From an uncultured Eubacteriales bacterium (GTDB taxonomy: Bacteria; Bacillota; Clostridia; Oscillospirales; CAG-272), in contig URDS01000004.1 of assembly GCA_900546635.1 (NCBI GenBank), positions 69 to 64,068 on the forward strand: DNA of 64,000 nt. Reading direction: 5' to 3'. The position numbers and the translations under genes are program-made. The notes under the pieces were generated by a model, which was not told the DNA's origin, made no database searches, and was given only the letters and a program-made list of their open reading frames with translations. This document shows, piece after piece, positions 19,637-29,187 of this stretch (position 1 is its first letter; every line of letters starts with the position of its first letter).

Positions 19637-22072
19637 ATGAAGAAAATTGTCAGGATTATCAGCTTTGTATTGGCCGCGCTGTTGGCGCTTTCGGTTTTGG
19701 CTGCTTGCGGCGGCGGGAAGAAAATGCCCGAAAAGCAGGTGGTTGACCATGTGTATAAGTACAACCAGACAAAGCTTGTGACCGTGGAAGAGCCGGATTG
19801 GTCGAATGAGGAAGAGTTCAACGGGTATACATATTTGTCTAATAACTCTATCGGAGAGAGCGGTTTTTGCTATGTGCTGCAAAGCGTGGATAAGGATCAC
19901 AAAACCACATCCACGGTTGCCTATATCGGAACCTATGACGGTACGGAGGTCACGGAAATTCCGATAGACTTGGCGAATGATGAAAACAACAGCGCCTACA
20001 TGAATAACATTTTGGTGTTGGATAACGGTCTTGCTGTTTTTATCAATGAAAGTAAACAGGTGGGTGATCCGGAAACCCCTTTCTGGGAGCAGTATTATTA
20101 TCTGTATTTTTATGATTTTGACGGGAAGCTCACCGGTACGGTAGATTTGAAAAAAGCTTTCGATGTCAGCGGCGAAAATTCTTATTTCTATGTGAATACG
20201 ACGCTGACCGACGGCACGGATCTGTATTTAACCTGCAATACGGATAAGGCTGAATATAACAATAAATTGGTACGCCTCGGCATGGACGGCACGGTTAAAA
20301 ATGCGTATGCGCTGCTGCCGGAGGGGACCGACGGGTATATCAACAGCATTTATTTTATCGGTGATTCTGAGATCTGCTATACGTATGAGAGCTACGGTTC
20401 GGATACGTATACGACGGTCTGCAAGCGCTATAATTTTGAAACCGGCGCACAGTCGGAGGTGAATACCGGGGATCTCGGACGTCAGTTCTCCTATAGTTCA
20501 TTCGGCGGCAACGGCGGTGCATATTATTCCGACAATTCCGGTATTTATAAAGTGGATCTCGATACCGGCGCGAAGACCGAACTGATGAACTACATCAATT
20601 CCGATTATATTTATAATTACGGTAATTTCTGCGCGCTGGGCGACGATCGGTTTGCGTCCCTGACACGCGAGTACAAGGATAACAAGACCACGCTGTATGT
20701 GAATACTTTTGAAAAAGTACCGGAAAGCGAGCTTACGCCGAAATATTTGATTACGGTTGCGTCGGCGGGTTATGCATACGATTTTCAGGAGCAGATCGTA
20801 AAGTTTAACCTTGCCAGTGAAGAATATCGCATTCAATATGTCGATTATTCTCAGTACAATACCGATGAGGATTATACTGCGGGCAAGACAAAGCTGAACA
20901 ATGATATTCTGGCCGGCAATGTCCCGGATGTACTCATTTCCGATTCGGAATTTTCGGTATCCAAATACGTCAATAAAGGACTGTTTAAGGATCTCTATAC
21001 CTATTTGGACAATGATCCCGAACTTTCCAGAGATGACTTTTTAGGGAATATCCTTGAGGCTTGTGAAATCGGCGGAAAATTGTATGAGATTCCGACCAGC
21101 TTCGTTGTGATGGGACTTATGGGCGGCAAGGAGAAAATCGGCGAGTTTGCAAATTTGACGATGCCTGAGTTTGCCGCAAAGGTGGCTGCATTGCCGGAGG
21201 AAGTGTCCTTCTTCCGCGCGGGCGAAGTTTCAAGAGCCAATATGCTGCAGATGCTTGTGTATCTGGGCTATACGAATTTTATCGATACGGCGACCGGAAA
21301 GTGCAACTTCAACAACGATGATTTTAAAGCAATCCTGGAATATGTAAATACACTGCCCGAAAAGTCTCGGTGGGAAGATGAAAATTATAATCCCGATGAT
21401 TTTGACTGGGACGCTTATAACAATGCGTTTAAAGAGGGCAAAGCGATAGCGGAAATGACTACGCTTGATTCTTTCTATGCTTTCGAGAATCAGTCTTACA
21501 ATTTCGGCAGTATGGAATTGGATTTCATCGGCATGCCTTCGCCTGACCGCGACGGTTATGTCTTTACCAATGCCAATCTGAAATTCCTTGTCAGTGCGAA
21601 GAGTCCGCTGGCGGATGAGGCTTGGAATTTTGTCAAGCTGTTCTTTGAGGATTCGTATCAGACAGAGAGTTCTTGGGCGTTTTCGGTAACAAAGGACGGA
21701 TTTGAACAGCAGAAACAGAAGGCTTTGGATGAAATTAAACGGCGCGAGGAAGAAAAGAAAGAGCAGGAAGATTCCGATATCGAAATTTCACCTCGCACCA
21801 AAGAAGTTGCCGTTACCGACGCTGTAATCGGCGGCGGTGGAATTGCGATTGAACCCGGTTGGGGAAATGATCGCAGAGAGATGACCGCAGAGGATGTGGA
21901 GCGCATTGCGGAGATCGCAACCGGTGTACGTAAACAGCTCGTTTATGATGAAAATGTATACAATATCATCAGCGAGGAAGCATCGGCTTATTTTGCGGGG
22001 AAAAAGAGCTTGGCCGAGGTTGCGTCTTTGATTGAAAATCGCGTACAAACCGTAATCAGCGAATCCAGATAA
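19637..22072 (+). CDS. 811-aa lipoprotein: beta-rich N-terminal domain fused to a family-1-like extracellular solute-binding domain
   Basis: Signal peptide plus lipobox LSVLAAC-GGG. Residues ~25-360 are Y/T/G/D-rich beta-type repeats. Residues ~370-811 resemble sugar SBPs (YLITVASAGYAYDF...DILAGNVPDVLIS...). RBS is AAGGAGG. Confidence 0.75.
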   Translation: MKKIVRIISFVLAALLALSVLAACGGGKKMPEKQVVDHVYKYNQTKLVTVEEPDWSNEEEFNGYTYLSNNSIGESGFCYVLQSVDKDHKTTSTVAYIGTYDGTEVTEIPIDLANDENNSAYMNNILVLDNGLAVFINESKQVGDPETPFWEQYYYLYFYDFDGKLTGTVDLKKAFDVSGENSYFYVNTTLTDGTDLYLTCNTDKAEYNNKLVRLGMDGTVKNAYALLPEGTDGYINSIYFIGDSEICYTYESYGSDTYTTVCKRYNFETGAQSEVNTGDLGRQFSYSSFGGNGGAYYSDNSGIYKVDLDTGAKTELMNYINSDYIYNYGNFCALGDDRFASLTREYKDNKTTLYVNTFEKVPESELTPKYLITVASAGYAYDFQEQIVKFNLASEEYRIQYVDYSQYNTDEDYTAGKTKLNNDILAGNVPDVLISDSEFSVSKYVNKGLFKDLYTYLDNDPELSRDDFLGNILEACEIGGKLYEIPTSFVVMGLMGGKEKIGEFANLTMPEFAAKVAALPEEVSFFRAGEVSRANMLQMLVYLGYTNFIDTATGKCNFNNDDFKAILEYVNTLPEKSRWEDENYNPDDFDWDAYNNAFKEGKAIAEMTTLDSFYAFENQSYNFGSMELDFIGMPSPDRDGYVFTNANLKFLVSAKSPLADEAWNFVKLFFEDSYQTESSWAFSVTKDGFEQQKQKALDEIKRREEEKKEQEDSDIEISPRTKEVAVTDAVIGGGGIAIEPGWGNDRREMTAEDVERIAEIATGVRKQLVYDENVYNIISEEASAYFAGKKSLAEVASLIENRVQTVISESR

Positions 22073-22115
22073 ATCCCGGCAAAAAACTGAAAAAGCATTG
22101 TATTTTTGACACAAC

Positions 22116-22150
22116 AGACAGCCGCCGAAATTCGGCGGCTGTCTCGGCTT
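22116..22150 (+). terminator. Rho-independent terminator of the 14.7-22.1 kb operon
   Basis: AGACAGCCGCCGAA-A-TTCGGCGGCTGTCT followed by CGGCTTTT. Confidence 0.8.
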
Positions 22151-22259
22151 TTGCCGTGATTTTCCGTCGCGGCTTCGCTTAGCACAATGTTGCAGATGTT
22201 ATACGGATATGGTAGAATATGGTGTAAACAAACAATTTGCAAAATGGGGGCAAAAAATT

Positions 22260-23141
22260 ATGAACAGGTTCAAGATCGCTCTGCTGCAAACAGCGCCGTG
22301 CGGTACGGTAAATGAAAATTTAAAAAAAGGCGTCGCCATCTGTAAAGACGCGAGAAAAATGGGCGCCGACCTTGCACTTTTCCCCGAAATGTGGAGCAAC
22401 GGATACAATATATACAATCGGCCTATTGAGGAATGGAAAGCCGAAGCGATTCCCGCCGACGGTGATTTTATAAACACGTTTGCCCGTCTTGCAAAAGAAC
22501 TGAATATGGCAATCGGCATTACCTTATTGGAACAATACGGAGCGCATTTGCGAAATACAATGGTTCTATTTGATCGGTTCGGAGAACGCAAACTGACCTA
22601 TGCTAAGGTACACACCTGCGATTTTGACGTGGAACGGAATCTCACGCCGGGCGAAGATTTTTATGTCACTGCCCTGAATACAGCCTGCGGGGAAGTAAAG
22701 GTCGGCGCCATGATTTGTTATGACCGGGAATTTCCGGAAAGCGCCAGAATTTTGATGTTGAAAGGCGCGGAGCTTATTCTGGTTCCGAATGCTTGCCCTA
22801 TGGAAATAAACCGCCTTTCACAGCTTCGCGGCAGAGCATATGAAAATATGTTGGCCATCGCTACCTGCAACTATCCTGAAACCGTTCCCGATTGTAACGG
22901 CGGTTCAAGTGTGTTTGACGGCGCGGTCTATCTGCCCGGTGCGGACGGTTCGCGGGATACCTGTATTTTGCAGGCGGACGGAAAAGAGGGAATTTATATT
23001 GCCGAACTTGATTTGGAACAACTTCGCTGTTATCGTGAAAACGAAGTACACGGCAATGCGTATCGGCACCCGAAAAAATACAGACTTTTAATCGATACCA
23101 AAATCGAAAGTCCGTTTGTCAGAGACGATTATCGGGAGTAA
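22260..23141 (+). CDS. Carbon-nitrogen hydrolase (nitrilase superfamily) protein
   Basis: E-K-C triad context: LALFPEMW (Glu), YAKVH (Lys), GAMICYDREFPE (Cys). The start MNRFKIALLQ follows GGGGG. Confidence 0.85.
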   Translation: MNRFKIALLQTAPCGTVNENLKKGVAICKDARKMGADLALFPEMWSNGYNIYNRPIEEWKAEAIPADGDFINTFARLAKELNMAIGITLLEQYGAHLRNTMVLFDRFGERKLTYAKVHTCDFDVERNLTPGEDFYVTALNTACGEVKVGAMICYDREFPESARILMLKGAELILVPNACPMEINRLSQLRGRAYENMLAIATCNYPETVPDCNGGSSVFDGAVYLPGADGSRDTCILQADGKEGIYIAELDLEQLRCYRENEVHGNAYRHPKKYRLLIDTKIESPFVRDDYRE

Positions 23142-23183
23142 AAGACGGGTTTGCTCCGCTTTTTCCGTTCTTTATAAAAAATC

Positions 23184-23226
23184 AAAAAGCATCGCAGCCG
23201 AACATAGATCGGCTGCGATGCTTTTT
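23184..23226. terminator. Bidirectional hairpin terminator between convergent genes
   Basis: An 18-bp stem AAAAAGCATCGCAGCCGA / TCGGCTGCGATGCTTTTT with A- and T-runs on both sides. Confidence 0.85.
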
Positions 23227-23296
23227 CAGCTTTATAAATTTCAGTCGAATTTCGCTTGCTTCAGACTTCGGTTGCTTTTTTAGGCAGGGGAATCCC

Positions 23297-24898
23297 TTAG
23301 GATAATACCATTGCGGCGGGGAGAAAATTTTTGCCCTTCTTTGTGAAGACCAGCAGAATTGTGTTTTCCTGCTCGCTTGTACCGACAAAATTTTTCAGCG
23401 TTGCGGTGTAGGATACCTCGCAGGTAAACGTATTGTCGTCGTAGGAGGTGAAATTGGTCGCTTCGATTTTATCCAGCGTCATCGTTTGCGGCGCAATGTA
23501 CATATATCCGATATAGGAGCGCTTCAGATTTGTATAGAGGGGGCTTGGGTAGCGGGTCAGCGCCAGCACAGCGTCCAGATTTGCCTGCGTGTTGCGGTAT
23601 CCCTGCGTGGTATAGTGCAGGTAAGCCTTTACATAGTCAACGGCTTGAGTTTCATAGGTTTGACGCAGATCTTCGCTTTCCGGGAAAACGCAGGCAAAGC
23701 GTCCGGTCTCGCCGTCCGAAACGACGCGGAGCGAAATACCGTTTATTTGCGCCGTGAATACGGGCGGCACATACAGATCGCAAAGGGTATATTCGTTTGC
23801 AGTCGGCGGCGCGCTCAACTCGGCAAATTCGGATTTCCACAGGGCGTCGAAAGCGGTAATTTTATCGTCTGAAAGCGCCATGCCGTCTGCATACACGGCG
23901 GCGCCTGCGGGTGCAAGCAGTGTATAATCGGCGGTGGGCGGCGCGAAGCGCAAGTTTTCCGCACCCTGCTCGGCAGAGAGCGGTGTTTCTCCGAGTACGG
24001 CTGTGATTTCTGCGTCTCCGTATACCGTGTTGACTGTATACGTGCACATGGCGACGGTATTTCCAAGCGCGTCCGGCGACGTTTGGCCGGTCTCACTTTG
24101 GAATACATCGGTGACGCGCACGCCGCCGATACGAACGACCGCTTCGCTCGGCGCCGTGATGGAGACGGTATGCAGTTTCGCCACCGGATAATCGTACAGC
24201 CGATCCCAATTTCCGCTGCCGGTCAGTACGGTTCCGTCTAATGTGACTTCAATGTCGGGCTCCAAAATGAAGTCCTCTATCCGATAGCTGCAAAACAGGT
24301 CGGCGGCGCCGAACGCGGTAAACGCGCTGTGCGTTTCTAAATAGGCGTCGTCCACCTCTTGTTCGCCGATGCGGATTTTCGCTCCGGCGGGGACAATCAG
24401 ACATAACGGGCGCTTAGTCAAAAGCTCCGGCGCGACGAGTTCCGCTTTTTGAACCAAATAAGGGCGGAAGCCGAACAGGCCGCTTTTTTCACCGAGTTCC
24501 AAGGTGATCCGCAGAAGTTTTTCATCGCCGCTGCTGATGAGATAAACCGGGTTTTCGTACGTGTATTCCCGAATCAGTTTGGAATAGGTCAGATTTTCCG
24601 AAGAAAAATCTGCGGCCAGCCGTTTTGCCGCTTCATCGGCGGGTTCAAATAGATTCTGCCGATCGGGATGCGCTTCAAGCAGAAGCCGGTGAAATTCGGT
24701 TTCGCCGAGCGAATCGATATAGCGTTCAATGGTGTAAAAAGGCTGCGACGCCTCAAACTGCGCCATAACGCACCACATAACGGCGCAGCAGATCAAAATC
24801 AAACCAAGCCAAATCAGGGCGTAAATACATAGCTTTCGTGCAAATGATGAAAGCCGTTTCGTTTTTTGAGTGGATTGTTCGGACATATGCATTCTCAC
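23297..24898 (-). CDS. Membrane-anchored hypothetical protein (single N-terminal TM, large extracytoplasmic region)
   Basis: 533-aa ORF with TM LCIYALIWLGLILICCAVMWCVM. I recognise no family motifs. Its start region (GTG 24898, ATG 24892 or ATG 24886) overlaps the stop of the upstream gene. Confidence 0.6.
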   Translation of the reverse strand: MRMHMSEQSTQKTKRLSSFARKLCIYALIWLGLILICCAVMWCVMAQFEASQPFYTIERYIDSLGETEFHRLLLEAHPDRQNLFEPADEAAKRLAADFSSENLTYSKLIREYTYENPVYLISSGDEKLLRITLELGEKSGLFGFRPYLVQKAELVAPELLTKRPLCLIVPAGAKIRIGEQEVDDAYLETHSAFTAFGAADLFCSYRIEDFILEPDIEVTLDGTVLTGSGNWDRLYDYPVAKLHTVSITAPSEAVVRIGGVRVTDVFQSETGQTSPDALGNTVAMCTYTVNTVYGDAEITAVLGETPLSAEQGAENLRFAPPTADYTLLAPAGAAVYADGMALSDDKITAFDALWKSEFAELSAPPTANEYTLCDLYVPPVFTAQINGISLRVVSDGETGRFACVFPESEDLRQTYETQAVDYVKAYLHYTTQGYRNTQANLDAVLALTRYPSPLYTNLKRSYIGYMYIAPQTMTLDKIEATNFTSYDDNTFTCEVSYTATLKNFVGTSEQENTILLVFTKKGKNFLPAAMVLS

Positions 24899-25905
24899 TT
24901 TACCAGAATCGCGGTGGCGACGACACGCTCACCGTAAACGTATGCGCTGTTTGTGACATTTTCTCCCTCGTAGATCATCAGCGAGGAGGAACCGCCGTCA
25001 AGATTTGTCGCGTTGACGGCGCCAAATTCCAGAAAAATCTCTACCAGGTCATCCAGCGTCGCGCCCAGTGAATCGACGCTGCGTCCGTTGACAACCAAAA
25101 GCAGAATTGCGCCGTCCTCGCGCTGGCCGATCGCCGTTCGGGGATTTAAGCCGCCGCCGAGCGCGGAGCGCTCGTTTTGCGGCGTGCCGTTGATAATCAG
25201 CGCGGGGCCGTAGGAAGCGGCATATTGTACGCCGCGGTCGAGCGCGCTTTGCGCGGTCATACGGCCGACGTGCAAAAGACCGTCCGCGTCGATACCGGCC
25301 AGCGAATAATAGGACCCCGGATTGCCCCAGAGAAGTTCTCCCTCATAGATTACGATCCCGTCCGGGATGCCGCCTGTGCCGGAGCCATTCGGATCGTAAA
25401 ATCCGCCGGCGTTGGTTCCGGCGACGGCGCCGTATTCTTCGATCATTTTATGTACGGTAAGTCCGCGTTTGCCCTCGCCGAAGCCGTTTGGCGGAATGCC
25501 GACAAAGACACGGGTCGGATCTTCAATCACCATCATTTTTCCGTAATAGGTGCCGCCCCGCACGTCATGAATTTCGATTCCGCTTTGCGTTTTTTCGGTA
25601 TTGCCGCCGATTGGAAGATCGTCGGTGTAGTCCTCGCGGGACGGAAGCTGAATCATGGAGGCGACGATCTCGACATCGGTTGCTTCTTCTGTGCGTGAAA
25701 TCATATCCTCGATTTTGTCATTGCTCATGTACAGCCGGGGGATGAACTTTGCGGCGCTTGTTTCCATTAAGGAGGTCACAAGCAGTTTCCCTGCATAAGA
25801 GGAGGGACCGTAGATCATCACCCCGATTACGCTGTAAAGGAGCAGAAACAGAAAAAAGAGCGTGCACAGCACGACAGTCGTAATTTTTAAAAGGCGCTGC
25901 TTCAT
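24895..25905 (-). CDS. Phosphodiester glycosidase family protein (NAGPA-like, DUF2233)
   Basis: N-terminal TM. Motifs AVAGTNAGGFYDPNGSG..PDGIVIYEGELLWG, RTAIGQREDGAILLLVVNGR and ATNLDGGSSSLMIYEGE. The start is set at MKQRLL, 8 nt after GGAG. Confidence 0.75.
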   Translation of the reverse strand: MKQRLLKITTVVLCTLFFLFLLLYSVIGVMIYGPSSYAGKLLVTSLMETSAAKFIPRLYMSNDKIEDMISRTEEATDVEIVASMIQLPSREDYTDDLPIGGNTEKTQSGIEIHDVRGGTYYGKMMVIEDPTRVFVGIPPNGFGEGKRGLTVHKMIEEYGAVAGTNAGGFYDPNGSGTGGIPDGIVIYEGELLWGNPGSYYSLAGIDADGLLHVGRMTAQSALDRGVQYAASYGPALIINGTPQNERSALGGGLNPRTAIGQREDGAILLLVVNGRSVDSLGATLDDLVEIFLEFGAVNATNLDGGSSSLMIYEGENVTNSAYVYGERVVATAILVK

Positions 25906-26269
25906 TTCAAACTCCTGCATAAACCGGCTCACCCTGTCGCGGCGGTGCAATGGGACTTAAAGGGTACGGAAAAAGGGCAAATCCATGCTTCCGACGGCAG
26001 AGATCGCTGTATTTCATCCATTATACCATTTTTTATAAGCGGTTGACAATAAAATCCGACAGAATTTTTTACAATATTTATTGTGTGCGGATTTCAAGAC
26101 GGATGTGTGACAGAAACTTGTGGCAATTGTGAAAAAACGACATAAACGCTTTGGGATTTTCGTTGAATTTGTTCATTGCGAAACCGCCCTTGAATTGGTA
26201 AAATAGATTGTAAACCATTTTGGGGAAATTTCCCGAAAAATTAAAAATGGGTCAATCGGAGGAAAACAA

Positions 26270-27520
26270 ATGAAGAAACTGCTTGCATTCGTTTTGGTAG
26301 CCGTCATGCTGCTTGCGTTCGCCGCCTGCGGTGAACAGGGTACGAATGTGCCGGAAGACTTTAAAGTCGGTGTGGTTCTGCTCGGCGATGAGACCGAGGG
26401 GTATACGTTGGCACATATAAACGGCATTAAGGCTGCCGCCAAGGCGCTCGGCCTTGCTGACAATCAGATTATCTGGAAGTACAAAGTAGAAGAAAATGCG
26501 AAATGCAAAGATGCGGCCGAGGAACTGGCCGACGAGGGCTGCAATATTATTTTCTCCAACAGCTATGGTCACCAGACATACATGGTTCAGGTTGCCGAGG
26601 AATTTAAGGATATTACCTTTGTGGCTATGACGGGTGACTTTGCCGCAATTTGCGGACTTGACAATCTGAAAAATGCATTTACAAATGTTTATGAGTCCCG
26701 CTATGTTTCGGGCGTCGTTGCCGGCTTGAAAGTAAAGGAACTGCTGGACAACGGCACGCTGAAGCCGGAGACCACTCCGAACAATTTTGATGCGGACGGC
26801 AATGTGAAAATCGGTTACGTCGGTGCATTCAACTATGCAGAGGTCGTTTCCGGTTATACCGCATTCTTCCTCGGCATTCAGTCGGTAGTACCGAACGTGA
26901 CGATGGAAGTCAATTATACCGACTCGTGGTTTGACATTGCGAAAGAGGGGGCTGCCGCCGAGGCTTTGATGGCGAACGGCTGCGTAATTATCGGCCAGCA
27001 TGCCGACTCTACCGGCGCGCCTGCGGCAGTGGAAAAAGCTGCTAAGAACGGTACGCTCGCGTATTCTATCGGATACAACATCGACATGCTTCCCACGGCG
27101 CCTACCGTTGCGCTGACTTCTGCAACCAATGACTGGTCTGTATACTACACTTATGCGATCGGCGCTGCGATGCGCGGCGAAGAGGTTGTTGTTGACTGGG
27201 CGCATGGCTATGATCAGGGCGCTGTTGGTATTACGACGCTCGGCGCTTCCTGCGCGCCCGGCACGGCTGAATATGTTGACGGTGTTGTTGCTAAGTTGAA
27301 GAGCGGCGAACTCAAAGTATTTGATACCGACACGTTCACGGTCGGCGGCGCCAAGATTACGACCAACATTGTCGATCTCTCTTATATGGATTATTCGACT
27401 ATGACGCCGATTTATACCGGTGAAAAGGTTGAGACGATTGTGGACGGCGCATTTGCGGAATCCACATTCAGAAGCGCGCCTTACTTTGCACTTCGTATTG
27501 ACGGCATTGTTGAGAAATAA
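26270..27520 (+). CDS. BMP-family (PnrA/Med-like) ABC transporter substrate-binding lipoprotein, probably for nucleosides
   Basis: Lipobox LAFAAC. Also KVGVVLLGDETEGYTLAHINGIKAA and GAFNYAEVVSGYTAFFLGIQSV. It is followed by the cognate dual-ATPase and two permease genes. Confidence 0.85.
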   Translation: MKKLLAFVLVAVMLLAFAACGEQGTNVPEDFKVGVVLLGDETEGYTLAHINGIKAAAKALGLADNQIIWKYKVEENAKCKDAAEELADEGCNIIFSNSYGHQTYMVQVAEEFKDITFVAMTGDFAAICGLDNLKNAFTNVYESRYVSGVVAGLKVKELLDNGTLKPETTPNNFDADGNVKIGYVGAFNYAEVVSGYTAFFLGIQSVVPNVTMEVNYTDSWFDIAKEGAAAEALMANGCVIIGQHADSTGAPAAVEKAAKNGTLAYSIGYNIDMLPTAPTVALTSATNDWSVYYTYAIGAAMRGEEVVVDWAHGYDQGAVGITTLGASCAPGTAEYVDGVVAKLKSGELKVFDTDTFTVGGAKITTNIVDLSYMDYSTMTPIYTGEKVETIVDGAFAESTFRSAPYFALRIDGIVEK

Positions 27521-27630
27521 TTTTTGAGTTTGAATACGCAAAGGGAAGCTTATTTACGGCTTCCCTTTGTGAGTTTTCAGTATTTCCCTGGTAAAATCAG
27601 GTAAGAAGATGAAAGGGGCAGTTCGCCGAT

Positions 27631-29187
27631 ATGGAATATGCCATTCGGCTCCAAAATCTCACCAAGACTTTTGGCGATGTCGTTGCAAACAAAAATGTTT
27701 CGCTGAATGTGCGCCGCGGAGAAATACTTTCTCTGCTTGGTGAAAACGGGAGCGGTAAAACTACGCTTATGAATATGCTGTCGGGAATTTATTATCCCGA
27801 CGCAGGAGAAATTTACATAGCCGGGAAGCCTGTCGATATTCGGTCGCCGAAAGATGCGCTGGCGCTGGGGATCGGCATGATTCATCAGCATTTTAAACTG
27901 GTGGATGTATTCACCGCGGCGGAAAACATTGTGCTCGGCCTGAATGAAAAGGGCGGTTTTGATCTTGCTGCGGCCGGTCGGAGGATCCGCGACATCTGCG
28001 ATCGTTACGGCTTTGATATTGATCCTGAGCAAAAAGTGTATGATATGTCGGTTTCGCAGAAGCAGACGCTGGAGATTGTAAAGGTACTTTACCGCGGAGC
28101 GGATATTTTGATTCTGGACGAGCCTACCGCTGTTCTGACCCCGCAGGAAACCGAAAAACTGTTTTGCGTAATGCGCAATATGAAAAAAGACGGCAAGGCC
28201 GTCGTTATCATTACGCATAAGCTTCATGAGGTTTTGGCGGTGTCTGACCGAGTTTCCATTTTGCGCCGGGGCGAATATGTCGGAACGGTCAATACCGCGG
28301 AGACAAACGAGCTTGCTCTGACGGAAATGATGGTCGGCAAAAAGGTGACGCTGAATATTGAGCGTCCCGCACCGCAAAATCCGGTGAAGCGGCTTGAAAT
28401 CCGCAATCTTTCCTGCTATAACGCGGAGGGGATCAAAACGCTGGAAGACGTCTCTTTGGATGTTTACGGCGGAGAGATTCTCGGAATTGCCGGGGTATCC
28501 GGCAGCGGCCAGAAAGAATTGCTTGAGTCTATAGCCGGTCTGCAGGAAACGGCGCCGGACAGCAGCATTGCCTTTTACGCGCCCGGACAGGAATCGAAAA
28601 TGCAGCAGCTTGTCGGTCTGACGCCGAAAAAAATCAAAGAATTTGGCATTTCGCTTTCATTTGTTCCGGAGGACAGACTGGGTATGGGACTTGTCGGTTC
28701 CATGGGTATGGCCGACAATATGATGCTTAAGAGCTATGAGACGGGGCATTCGTTCTTTACACAGCGCCGTGCGCCGAAAAGGCTTGCCGAAACGATTAAG
28801 GACGAACTCGAAGTCGTTACGCCCGGCATCAATACGCCGGTACGCCGGCTTTCGGGCGGCAATGTGCAAAAGGTGCTGGTCGGCCGCGAGATCGCCTGCG
28901 CGCCGACTGTATTGATGACGGCATACGCGGTACGCGGGCTGGATATTAACACCTCATATACGATTTACCATTTGCTCAATGAGCAGAAAAAACAGGGCGT
29001 CGCCGTGATTTATGTCGGAGAAGATCTGGATGTGCTGATCGAACTCTGCGACCGCATTTTGGTACTTTGCGGCGGCCGGGTGAGCGGTGTTGTGGACGCG
29101 CGCGAGACGACAAAAGAAAAAGTCGGCCTTTTGATGGCGACAAAGAGCAGAAAGGAGTCTGAGTCCAATGACGAAAACTGTCACTGA
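27631..29187 (+). CDS. ABC transporter ATP-binding protein with duplicated ATPase domains (nucleoside/sugar type)
   Basis: Walker A GENGSGKTT, signature VSQKQTLEI, Walker B ILILDEPT. The second half carries GVSGSGQKE and LSGGNVQKV. Confidence 0.92.
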   Translation: MEYAIRLQNLTKTFGDVVANKNVSLNVRRGEILSLLGENGSGKTTLMNMLSGIYYPDAGEIYIAGKPVDIRSPKDALALGIGMIHQHFKLVDVFTAAENIVLGLNEKGGFDLAAAGRRIRDICDRYGFDIDPEQKVYDMSVSQKQTLEIVKVLYRGADILILDEPTAVLTPQETEKLFCVMRNMKKDGKAVVIITHKLHEVLAVSDRVSILRRGEYVGTVNTAETNELALTEMMVGKKVTLNIERPAPQNPVKRLEIRNLSCYNAEGIKTLEDVSLDVYGGEILGIAGVSGSGQKELLESIAGLQETAPDSSIAFYAPGQESKMQQLVGLTPKKIKEFGISLSFVPEDRLGMGLVGSMGMADNMMLKSYETGHSFFTQRRAPKRLAETIKDELEVVTPGINTPVRRLSGGNVQKVLVGREIACAPTVLMTAYAVRGLDINTSYTIYHLLNEQKKQGVAVIYVGEDLDVLIELCDRILVLCGGRVSGVVDARETTKEKVGLLMATKSRKESESNDENCH

